A stretch of DNA of 64,000 bases, taken from Fibrobacter sp. (GTDB lineage Bacteria; Fibrobacterota; Fibrobacteria; Fibrobacterales; Fibrobacteraceae). Numbering within the stretch: position 1 is the first letter of the stretch; every line of letters starts with the position of its first letter. A model generated the notes under the pieces. That model did not search any database. It was not told where the DNA came from and saw only the letters and a list, made by a program, of their open reading frames with translations. The DNA lies in NCBI RefSeq assembly GCF_017551775.1, contig NZ_JAFZKX010000018.1, forward strand, positions 6,761 to 70,760, given 5' to 3'. Positions 29,946-37,853 of the stretch are shown piece after piece. Made by a program: the position numbers and the translations under genes.

Positions 29946-31073
29946 ATGCATAAACCCTTTGTCCTTTTCTGTGCGGGCGAGGATTCCGGCGATGTGCTGG
30001 GAGAATCCCTTGTGCGGGAGGCGATTCGCTTGGGGTTCAGGGCCCGCGGTGTCGGCGGGTGCCGGATGCAGGCGGTGGGTCTCGATGCCGTTGACGATTA
30101 TGAGGCGCTGCCTGTATCGGGCTTTCTCGATATCGTGCCGCAGGTGTTTCGCCTAAAGCGCATCTTAGCGCATCTCGAAGGCTTGCTGAAGAGCGAAGAC
30201 TGCGTTGCTATAGTCTGCATCGATTACCCCGGATTCAACATGAAGCTCGTGCGGCTTGCGGAACGCCTGGGCAAGCCCGCCTTGTATGTGGCGCCCCCGC
30301 AGGTCTGGGCCTGGAAGCGCGGTCGGGCCAAGCGTTTGCGTACGGCCCGCCTCGCAGTGCTGTTCGATTTTGAACGCAGGGTCTACGAGAAACTGGGCTG
30401 CAATGCGCAGTGCCTTCGCCATCCGTTCCCGCGGGTCACCGGAACCAATTCGAACGCAGACCTGTTGCTCCTTCCCGGCAGCCGCAAGTCTCAGTCCCTC
30501 CGCAACCTCCCGTTCTTTGCCGCCGTTGCATCGCAGTGGCATTCCGCGACGTCGGGCCGTGCAGTCGTGCTTGCCTCGCGCGAATCTCTTGTCGAACCCT
30601 TCACTCGGGCTATTCGCAAGGCCTTCGGGCAGCGTGTTCCCGAATGGATCTCGGTCGAGGTCCCGCCTCTGGATGCGCTTGCCCGCGCGACCAAGCTCAC
30701 GGAGTATTCCTACGCGCTTTCGGCTCCGGGGTCCGCTTCCCTCGAACTGGCGCGCTCCGGTGTGCCGCTTGTGGTCGCGGGCGTGATTGAGCCTCTTACG
30801 TATTTCATCGGGAGCCGCTTCGTGAAGACGGAATTCTTTGCGCTCCCGAACATCCTGCTTCAGCGCGGGGTCGTTCCCGAATTCTTCTTTACGCGCGGGA
30901 AAGCCTGCAAAAAGGTGAACGTCACCGCGGTTGCTGCGGAACTCTGCAAGTGCAATACAGAAACATCCAGGGCGATTGCGGATACCCTGGATGAGACGTT
31001 CGTGAATGCGAAAAGCTCCGAAGCTCTAATGCTTGAATTTCTTGGCGAGTTCGTCGAGCGTGATGCGCATTAG
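29946..31073 (+). CDS. lpxB: Lipid-A-disaccharide synthase
   Basis: AGEDSGD.LG, IDYPGFN, YVAPPQVWAWK.GR, LLPGSR, FFALPNILL. Confidence 0.88.
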   Translation: MHKPFVLFCAGEDSGDVLGESLVREAIRLGFRARGVGGCRMQAVGLDAVDDYEALPVSGFLDIVPQVFRLKRILAHLEGLLKSEDCVAIVCIDYPGFNMKLVRLAERLGKPALYVAPPQVWAWKRGRAKRLRTARLAVLFDFERRVYEKLGCNAQCLRHPFPRVTGTNSNADLLLLPGSRKSQSLRNLPFFAAVASQWHSATSGRAVVLASRESLVEPFTRAIRKAFGQRVPEWISVEVPPLDALARATKLTEYSYALSAPGSASLELARSGVPLVVAGVIEPLTYFIGSRFVKTEFFALPNILLQRGVVPEFFFTRGKACKKVNVTAVAAELCKCNTETSRAIADTLDETFVNAKSSEALMLEFLGEFVERDAH

Positions 31074-32870
31074 GGTGGGAGCCCCGTAGGGAGACTTGAG
31101 CGGGTCTTCTGTCGACATCAGCTGCCCCATCAACTGGGCCATTTCTTCGGGCTTGAGTTTGTCACCGGCCTGGTAAGCGTTGGTCCTGGACCATGCCTTC
31201 GCGATGGTGTCCGTGATGTGCGACGGGTCCGAATCTCCGGTGTCGGCGCAACTGTCGAGAAACTGGTGAACCGCCTTGATGGCACGGGAGAGGGGGAGCG
31301 CGCTCGGAATGGCGCGAATCTGGAAGGTGTCGCCACCGAAGTGCTCCACGAAAAATCCGAGTTTCCTCAACTGCCCGTCGACGCTTGCGAAGATTTGCTT
31401 TTCAAGCTTGCTGAGCTCGATGAGTTCCGGGAAGAGCAACTCCTGGCTGTCGAGGTCCGATCCGTTCTTTAATGTCGCGAGCGCTTGTTCGTAGAGAATG
31501 CGCGAATGCGCCGCATGCTGGTCGATGATGAGCAGGCCCTCGGCATCTTCTCCGGCGATGTAGGTGTTTGCAATCTGGAAAAGCGTCGGGGGTGTCCACG
31601 GGGCGCTCTCCGGCTTCGGCTCGGGGACGTTCCCTTGTCCGGGTTCAAGCGAGATTATCTTGCCGGCCTCGGGCTGCGAGAACAGGTCCTGCACGTCGTC
31701 TGCGACGCTGTAGCTCTTCGCCTTTTTCCACTCGTTCACTTCGTTATTGCGACGGGGTTCGGGCGTCTTGTAGATGGGGGCGGCGCTGTGTGCGGGGGCG
31801 GCCTGGTATTGCGGTACGGGCGCATCGCCGGTGTCCGCCTGCACCATGCTTGCACTCAGGTCGATAAACGGCGAGTTTGCCTCCAGGTCTTTCTGGAAGG
31901 TATCGCGGATGGCATGGTTCACCACAAGGAACACGAGGTTCTGGTTCGCGAAGCGCACCTCGCGCTTTGCCGGGTGTACGTTCACGTCGAATTCCTGGTC
32001 CGGCATGTCCAGAAACAGGACGGTTACCGGCTTGCACTGCGCGCCGTAGGGCTCGTATGCCTGCGAAACGGCCTTCGCGATCACCTTGCTTTCGATGGGC
32101 CTCTTGCGCATGAAGAGGAACTGGTGGTGGCGCTTGCCGTTAGTTTCTGTTGTGGGGGAGATGTACCCCGTTACGTGAACGCCGGCTTCGGTGTAGTCGA
32201 CCGGCAGGAGGTTCTTGGCGATTCCTGAGCCGATGGCTTCGGCGAGTCGGGTGCGCAGTTCTCCGGGAACCCCGATAAATACGGCTTTTTCACCGACTTT
32301 GTAGTCGAAGCGGATCTCGGGGTGCGCAATCGCGGTCTTCAGCACGACGTCGAGAATCTTCGTGCACTCGGAGGTCTCGCTCCCGAGGAACGTGCGGCGT
32401 ACGGGCGTGTTGAAGAACAGGTCTTCGACAAGGAAGGTCGTACCATGACCGGCGGCGTAAGTTTGTTCTTCTTCGACGTTCCCGCCTTTGAGGATTAACC
32501 GTCCGCCGTCACCATCTTCGGTGGCGGTCGAAATCGTCATTTTCGATATGGCGGCGATGGAGGCGACTGCTTCTCCGCGAAATCCGTTTGTTTGTAAATG
32601 GAATAGGTCGTCTGCCGAATGTAGTTTAGATGTAGTGTGTCTGAGGTAACAAAGGTCAAGGTCTTGCTTGCCCATCCCCTTGCCGTTGTCCGAAACGAGA
32701 ATTTTTTTCTTTCCGCCTTGTTCGATTTGAATTTGGATGCGAGTCGCTCCCGCATCGATGGCATTCTCGATAAGTTCCTTGACGGCGGATGAAGGACGCT
32801 CGATTACCTCACCGGCAGCGATTTTGTTGATAATTTCATCGGTTAAAACGTGTATTTCAGCGTTTTTCAT
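31026..32870 (-). CDS. mutL: DNA mismatch repair protein MutL (endonuclease motifs degenerate)
   Basis: IAAGEVIERPSSAVKELIENAIDAG, DNGKGM, GFRGEA, DVNVHPAKREVRF. C-terminal domain reads DQHAAHSRILYE. ATG at 32870. Confidence 0.95.
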   Translation of the reverse strand: MKNAEIHVLTDEIINKIAAGEVIERPSSAVKELIENAIDAGATRIQIQIEQGGKKKILVSDNGKGMGKQDLDLCYLRHTTSKLHSADDLFHLQTNGFRGEAVASIAAISKMTISTATEDGDGGRLILKGGNVEEEQTYAAGHGTTFLVEDLFFNTPVRRTFLGSETSECTKILDVVLKTAIAHPEIRFDYKVGEKAVFIGVPGELRTRLAEAIGSGIAKNLLPVDYTEAGVHVTGYISPTTETNGKRHHQFLFMRKRPIESKVIAKAVSQAYEPYGAQCKPVTVLFLDMPDQEFDVNVHPAKREVRFANQNLVFLVVNHAIRDTFQKDLEANSPFIDLSASMVQADTGDAPVPQYQAAPAHSAAPIYKTPEPRRNNEVNEWKKAKSYSVADDVQDLFSQPEAGKIISLEPGQGNVPEPKPESAPWTPPTLFQIANTYIAGEDAEGLLIIDQHAAHSRILYEQALATLKNGSDLDSQELLFPELIELSKLEKQIFASVDGQLRKLGFFVEHFGGDTFQIRAIPSALPLSRAIKAVHQFLDSCADTGDSDPSHITDTIAKAWSRTNAYQAGDKLKPEEMAQLMGQLMSTEDPLKSPYGAPTLMRITLDELAKKFKH

Positions 32871-33015
32871 GGCCAAAATATAGCCAAATCATACCCTTTA
32901 CCCTATTTTTTTGTTAAATTGGTGCTGGATTCCGGTGGTTAGGGGTCTCCAAAAAAGAGAGGATAGAATAGTGATATCGAATTTCTTTATGCAACTGGCT
33001 CACATTGAGTTGTTG

Positions 33016-34269
33016 ATGACCTATTCGGTCAAGGATATTCTTTCGCTTGTTCGTCGAGATGCACGATTCGATACAAAGCTCGTTAATGACTTGTTCTTCG
33101 AAGGAACATTCATTGACGAAAACTCCCACCATTTTGTCTTCGACAATCTGGTGCAATGGTTGTATGACCGTGGTGAAAATCCAGACGATTTCGTTGAACG
33201 AATAGTAAAACGATGCGCTGATTTCGAGGCAGTTCCTGCTCGTAGCGTTCTTCGTTCTTACTTGCCGTTCGTGTCGCAGTTCTACCAGACAAAGGACGTT
33301 CGCGCACTTTGCCTGGAAATAATTCCTAAGCGCTACCCGTTCCTTATCAATGCCGGAATTCTTCGCGATACTATTCAAGACGACGAACGGACGATGTTCT
33401 TCACCTTCCAGTTCGAGACACCGGGCGCCCTGGTTTCTAACCCGATGCGCTGGGCGCTTGGCCTCTTCCGCATTGGCCCGCTCCTCTTGAACACGCCCGC
33501 TTACGAGCATATGGGCTATGTTGCTACGCAGACCTCCTTTATTGAAGCCCTTGAAAACCGCGTCCCTGCCGAGATGGTGGATGGCAACGTTTACATTGGC
33601 GATAAGCTGGTTGGCCGGACCACCACGTTCGGTGAATGCATCGATGAATACGGCTTTGAATGGCCGAGAGCGTCTGAAAGGGAAATGGGCTGTGTGCTCG
33701 CTCTCGACGATGTCTATGATACCAAGACGAACTCTCTCTTGCTCCGCAAGGGCTGCTACTACGGTACGCCGAGCAACATCCTCGATGCGAGGTTCAAGGC
33801 GAATGTCGTCACTCAGGAACCGTTCCTCAAGCTGATGAGCTCCGTGGTTAAGCAGGAGTTCGACGTCTGGCAGCCTATCCAGAAGGCGCAGGAACAGCTT
33901 CTCGGAGCGATGAATGACTCTGTAGAAGTGGTGTATTACAAGAGCGATGACTCCATTTCGGTGAACAGCAAGCACCTCATGCGTAACGTGCCTGCTAGAA
34001 TTCTCCGCAACCTGCTGCGTGAATACACGGCAACGGGCCGCGAGGAATACGAGAACCGTGAATTCAAGCGCGATCCGTCCATCTGCATGGACCCGATGCG
34101 TCCGAACTTCGAGAGCAGGTTGAACCGTGTTATAGCTCACATCAACGGCACCGAAGAGAAGGATGGCTCCATGAGCGAAGGCGTGAAGAAGTTCTTTGAA
34201 ATCGAGCGTCATCGCCGTGGTGGCTTCAGATTCCTGCCGAAATGCAAGATTATTTTCCGTGAGGAATAA
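33016..34269 (+). CDS. Hypothetical protein with C-terminal winged-helix-like domain (putative regulator)
   Basis: Coding-like ORF (start 33016 or 32989). C-terminus ISVNSKHLMRNVPARILRNLL..GREEYENREFKRDP..NFESRLNRV..IERHRRGGFRF resembles OmpR/PhoB-type wHTH outputs. Confidence 0.6.
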   Translation: MTYSVKDILSLVRRDARFDTKLVNDLFFEGTFIDENSHHFVFDNLVQWLYDRGENPDDFVERIVKRCADFEAVPARSVLRSYLPFVSQFYQTKDVRALCLEIIPKRYPFLINAGILRDTIQDDERTMFFTFQFETPGALVSNPMRWALGLFRIGPLLLNTPAYEHMGYVATQTSFIEALENRVPAEMVDGNVYIGDKLVGRTTTFGECIDEYGFEWPRASEREMGCVLALDDVYDTKTNSLLLRKGCYYGTPSNILDARFKANVVTQEPFLKLMSSVVKQEFDVWQPIQKAQEQLLGAMNDSVEVVYYKSDDSISVNSKHLMRNVPARILRNLLREYTATGREEYENREFKRDPSICMDPMRPNFESRLNRVIAHINGTEEKDGSMSEGVKKFFEIERHRRGGFRFLPKCKIIFREE

Positions 34270-34309
34270 TTTTTTTACAAAATATTTTCGCAAAAAAGCC
34301 GAAAGACAC

Positions 34310-34338
34310 TTGCCGAATTGGCTTTTTTATGGTATATT
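34310..34338 (+). promoter_or_regulatory. Near-consensus sigma70 promoter
   Basis: TTGCCG (34310-15), 17-nt spacer, TGg-TATATT (34333-38). Confidence 0.75.
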
Positions 34339-34344
34339 TTAATT

Positions 34345-34479
34345 GTTGGGAATAGTGGAAAGGTAAATCCTCGAACAACTCCATCATTGCTCCCCTCCTG
34401 ATGGGTTTAAGGTTCCGGAAACGTCTCAATATTTTCTCCTTCTTAGGAAAGGGCCCCTCACGGGGCTCTTTCTTTTTTT
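34345..34479 (+). ncRNA. Candidate ~135-nt small RNA
   Basis: Bounded by a promoter and an intrinsic terminator with no credible ORF between them. Internal hairpin CCATCA/TGATGG with a C-rich loop. Confidence 0.55.
34447..34479 (+). terminator. Intrinsic terminator
   Basis: GAAAGGGCCCC-TCAC-GGGGCTCTTTC followed by T7. Confidence 0.85.
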
Positions 34480-34734
34480 ATACCGTTCGTTCGTCGTCTC
34501 GGGTATCGAGACCTCCGGTTCCTCACTCACTCTCGCGTACGACGGCTCGTTGATACGAGCCGCCTCTGGCTCACGGTTATACCGTTCGCTCGTCGTCTCG
34601 GGTATCGAGACCTCCGGCTTTTCACTCACTCTCGCCTACGACGGCTCGTTGATACGAGCCGCCTCTGGCTCACGGTTATACCGTTCGTTCGTCGTCTTGG
34701 GTATCGAGATCTTCGGTTCTTCGCTCACTCTCGC
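34478..34734. repeat. 99-bp tandem repeat (~2.6 copies) with two hairpins per unit, REP/BIME-like
   Basis: Units begin TTATACCGTTCG at 34478, 34577 and 34676. Each has TCTCG-GGTAT-CGAGA (TCTTG in the third unit); the two full units also have CGGCTCGT-TGAT-ACGAGCCG. Confidence 0.9.
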
Positions 34735-34826
34735 AATTGCCTCGGTTTATGCGATATGGTCGCAATGCTGCGCCTAGTGCTCGCAGTGAGCTTCTCGTTT
34801 GCTGTTTATCGTTTATTGCGGGTATG

Positions 34827-34853
34827 AAAAAGCCTCCGCTCGAGGCGGAGGCT
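34827..34853 (-). terminator. Intrinsic terminator of the sigma factor gene
   Basis: AGCCTCCGC-TCGAG-GCGGAGGCT with an A run on the left, giving a U tail on the minus strand. Confidence 0.8.
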
Positions 34854-34882
34854 GAAATTTAGAACAAATTATCGTCGCGTTC

Positions 34883-35695
34883 TTACTTGTTAATGGCGGC
34901 CAAGAAAGCGTCCTTCTTCTCTTGGAGGAATTCCTTGCTGTTGTACTTGCGGATGCGGCGGAGGGCCTGGTCACGCAGCTGGCGGACGCGTTCGTGCGAG
35001 ATGTTCATGGACTCGCCGACTTCGCGCAACGTCTGCGGTGCTTCCTGGTTGATACCGAAGATGCCGGTGATGACCTTCGCTTCGCGTTCGGGGAGCTGTT
35101 CCATCAAGTCGCGTGCGAGAACTTCGACGCTCTGGATTTCGGAATCGGCTTCCGGGTTCGTGGCGCCGGTATCGGGCAACACTTCGGCGTAGGTCGCCTT
35201 GGAGTCGGCCTTCAAGGGGCTGTCGAAGGAAACGCCGCGCTGGCCAATCTGGATGAGCTCGCGGATTTCTTCGTTGATTTCTTTACCGCGGGACTGTTCG
35301 TGCAAAGCCTTGCGCACGCGGAGGTGCTGGTTTGCCGGCAGGCGGATGAGGTTGCCCTGCTCGTTGATGGCACGGGTAATGTAAGCCTTGATCCACCACA
35401 CGCCATAACTGATGAACTTGAGGCCGCGGGTGTGTTCGAAGGATTCGATGGCACGAACGAGACCCATGGCGCCTTCGCTCACCAGGTCCGGGAGCGGAAT
35501 CGGGCAGCCGCGGTACTGGATGGCGACTTTCAAAACGAAGCGCATGTTCGCGGAAATCAGCTTCTTGCGTGCAATCTTGTCACCTTCTTTCGCTTTCTGG
35601 AATAGGATCTGCTCTTCTTCACGGGAAAGGGGGGCGGTCCTTCTAATGTCTTCGAGGTAACGTTTGAGTGTAGTATCGGTGGAATCTATATGCAT
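34883..35695 (-). CDS. RNA polymerase sigma-70 family factor, RpoD/RpoS/RpoH-like, lacking region 1.1
   Basis: Region 1.2 YLEDIRRTAPLSREEE; region 2 DLVSEGAMGLVRAIESF...KFISYGVWWIK; region 4 TLREVGESMNISHERVRQL. ATG 35695 follows AAGGA. Confidence 0.92.
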   Translation of the reverse strand: MHIDSTDTTLKRYLEDIRRTAPLSREEEQILFQKAKEGDKIARKKLISANMRFVLKVAIQYRGCPIPLPDLVSEGAMGLVRAIESFEHTRGLKFISYGVWWIKAYITRAINEQGNLIRLPANQHLRVRKALHEQSRGKEINEEIRELIQIGQRGVSFDSPLKADSKATYAEVLPDTGATNPEADSEIQSVEVLARDLMEQLPEREAKVITGIFGINQEAPQTLREVGESMNISHERVRQLRDQALRRIRKYNSKEFLQEKKDAFLAAINK

Positions 35696-35849
35696 TTTAT
35701 TTCCTTGCACCTTAAATATCGCTTTTTTTATTAGCAAGTAACGTGCCAAAAGTGTAAATTTTTAGACGAATTCTGTAAATTGCGCTTTTTTACGGGGTTC
35801 TGGAGGTCTTTTCCTGTTGAAAATTGTCATAAAACGGCTGAAAAGCTCT

Positions 35850-35876
35850 ACATTTGTTACAAAATGTAACAAATGT
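35850..35876. promoter_or_regulatory. Perfect palindromic operator candidate in the divergent sigma/methyltransferase intergenic region
   Basis: ACATTTGTTACA-AAA-TGTAACAAATGT. Confidence 0.55.
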
Positions 35877-36000
35877 CACGAATTTTGTAAACAAAAAGTT
35901 GTGGGCCCGAAGAAAAAAAATGTCGTGAGCGGGTTTTGCGCTCCCTCTTTTTCGTTTTTTGTGGTATTGTATTACGCTTTTTTCGTATATTTTGCCCGTT

Positions 36001-36780
36001 ATGTCAATTAAAGAACCAGATCAATCTGTATGGAACCGTTTTTGGCAGCGGAAAAATGACATGGGGAAGGTTTATCCGTCTTCGCCGTCCGTGCTGAACG
36101 CCATCAAGAAAAATTTTAAACTCGAGGGGCTCAAGGTGCTCGAAGTGGGTGCCGGTACGGGTCGCGACAGTGCTGAACTTGCGCGCTTGGGTGCCGAAGT
36201 CTACGTGCTCGATTTTGCTGAAAATAGCCTCAAGATTGTAGACGGCCTTCGTGCCCGCGAAAACCTTTACGAAAACCTGAAGCTGGTGCGCGGTGACGCC
36301 TTCAAGGCGCCTTTCCCCGATTGCACTTTCGATCTCGTTTTCCACCAGGGACTTGCTGAGCATTTCAAGAACTCGCTCCCGCTCATTCAGGAAAACTACC
36401 GCATCTTGAAGCATGGCGGCTGCTGCCTTTGCGATGTGCCGCAGACGGTGCACCCCTACACGATCATCAAGCATATCTTGATCGCGATGGACAAGTGGTT
36501 TGCCGGATGGGAAAAGCAGTTCACCATGGGACAGCTGAAGAAGCTGATGGTCGATGCCGGATTCAAGTGCGAATACGCCTACGGCGACTGGATGCGCCCG
36601 AACCTGTTCTACCGTATGTTGCGAGAACTCGGCTTCAAACTGGGTGTCGAACTCCCGAAGTATCCCTTGAACGGGACCATGTACCAGAAGGCGAAGGACG
36701 CTTTGCTCGATGCGCTGGTCTCTGTCCCTGTAATGCACTATACGCAGCTCTCCATCGGCGTCATCGGACGCAAGCCCTAG
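36001..36780 (+). CDS. Class I SAM-dependent methyltransferase
   Basis: VLEVGAGTG, VLDF, GDAFKAPFPDCTFDLVFHQG. TATATT lies 9 nt before ATG 36001. Confidence 0.9.
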   Translation: MSIKEPDQSVWNRFWQRKNDMGKVYPSSPSVLNAIKKNFKLEGLKVLEVGAGTGRDSAELARLGAEVYVLDFAENSLKIVDGLRARENLYENLKLVRGDAFKAPFPDCTFDLVFHQGLAEHFKNSLPLIQENYRILKHGGCCLCDVPQTVHPYTIIKHILIAMDKWFAGWEKQFTMGQLKKLMVDAGFKCEYAYGDWMRPNLFYRMLRELGFKLGVELPKYPLNGTMYQKAKDALLDALVSVPVMHYTQLSIGVIGRKP

Positions 36781-36787
36781 TATTCAT

Positions 36788-37789
36788 ATGTCGCTCCATC
36801 CCAAACTGAAGTCTTCACTTGTGTTCCTGGCTAAACTCCTGGTGACCATTGTCCCGGCGTTTTTCGTGTACAGGAATATCGTGAACGCTCCGGATTGGGA
36901 TATCGGCGATTTGTACAGGCTGTTCTCTGTGGAGGGCATCCTCCCGTTTACGTTTGCGCTGGTGTGCCTTGCCGCGTCGAATTTCACGGCGTGCCTGCAG
37001 TGGAAACTTTTGCTCGAACGGCAGGGCGTTCACCTGAACTACGGGCATCTGCTCAAGCTTTACTACGTGGGTCTGTTCTTCAACAACTTCATGCCGGGTA
37101 ACGTGGGCGGCGACGTGAAGAAGGTCTACGACATCCGCATGCAGGGCGGGCAAGATACCGTGGGCGCGGGCCTCACCGCGACGTTCTTCGATCGCCTGTA
37201 CGGTTTGTTCTTTGTTACTTTGTTTGCCCTCGCGATGGGTGCCTTGTTCTTTGTGCACGACGAGACGCAGCGTTCCTTCATCTGGCCGTCTATCTGGATT
37301 TTCCTCGGCTTCTGCGCATTGTTCGCGGGCCTCTGCAGCCGCCGCATCGGGCGCCTCTGCACGAACGTCATGTCGCGGTTCTTGCCGCAGTCCATTGGCG
37401 AGCGCCTCGTGCACATGTTCGAACGCTTTACTCATTTCCGCTCGTTCAAACTCTGGTGCCAGATTTCGCTCCTTTCTTTTGCGACGCAGGCGCTCCGCAT
37501 CTTCGTGCATTTCTACTGCGGTATCGCGGTGGGCGTTACGCTTTCTATTTCTTGGTATTTCTACTACATCCCGCTGGTCGCCATCGTGAGTGCGCTCCCG
37601 ATATCCATCGGCGGTTTCGGCCCGCGTGAACTCTTGGCGCAGACGCTCTTCGCCCGTGCCGGCGTGGCGAGCCTCGAATCGGTAGTAATCCAGCTGCTCG
37701 CTTATTTTGTGAGTTTGATTCTGAGTTTGTTTGGCGCGTTCGTCTTCCTCTTGGGAGGGAAGTCGTCGACTGCTAAGGCTGTCAGGTAA
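36788..37789 (+). CDS. Lysylphosphatidylglycerol-synthase-TM / UPF0104 flippase-like membrane protein
   Basis: QWKLLL, GLFFNNFMPGNVGGDVKK, FFDRLYGL, LPISIGGFGPRE. Confidence 0.85.
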   Translation: MSLHPKLKSSLVFLAKLLVTIVPAFFVYRNIVNAPDWDIGDLYRLFSVEGILPFTFALVCLAASNFTACLQWKLLLERQGVHLNYGHLLKLYYVGLFFNNFMPGNVGGDVKKVYDIRMQGGQDTVGAGLTATFFDRLYGLFFVTLFALAMGALFFVHDETQRSFIWPSIWIFLGFCALFAGLCSRRIGRLCTNVMSRFLPQSIGERLVHMFERFTHFRSFKLWCQISLLSFATQALRIFVHFYCGIAVGVTLSISWYFYYIPLVAIVSALPISIGGFGPRELLAQTLFARAGVASLESVVIQLLAYFVSLILSLFGAFVFLLGGKSSTAKAVR

Positions 37790-37853
37790 TTGCCTGATTT
37801 TTTTAGATAGCGGGGCGCGGAGCTAGAATCGCCCCATTCCATCGAGGTTGATT

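Noticed and set aside
31026-31073. 48-nt convergent overlap of lpxB and mutL (and the 20-nt nhaC/EamA overlap at 53964-53983)
   Set aside because: Short 3' overlaps of convergent genes are common, and nothing suggests dual-coding function.
34426-34629. 67-aa minus-strand repeat peptide (and the 75-aa plus ORF 34550-34777)
   Set aside because: These arise from the 33-codon repeat period. The frame is interrupted by TAG in the adjacent unit, there is no SD or promoter, and the ORF runs through a terminator.
34478-34734. 99-bp repeats as a CRISPR array
   Set aside because: The whole unit is repeated with no unique spacers, the period is too long, and no cas genes are present.
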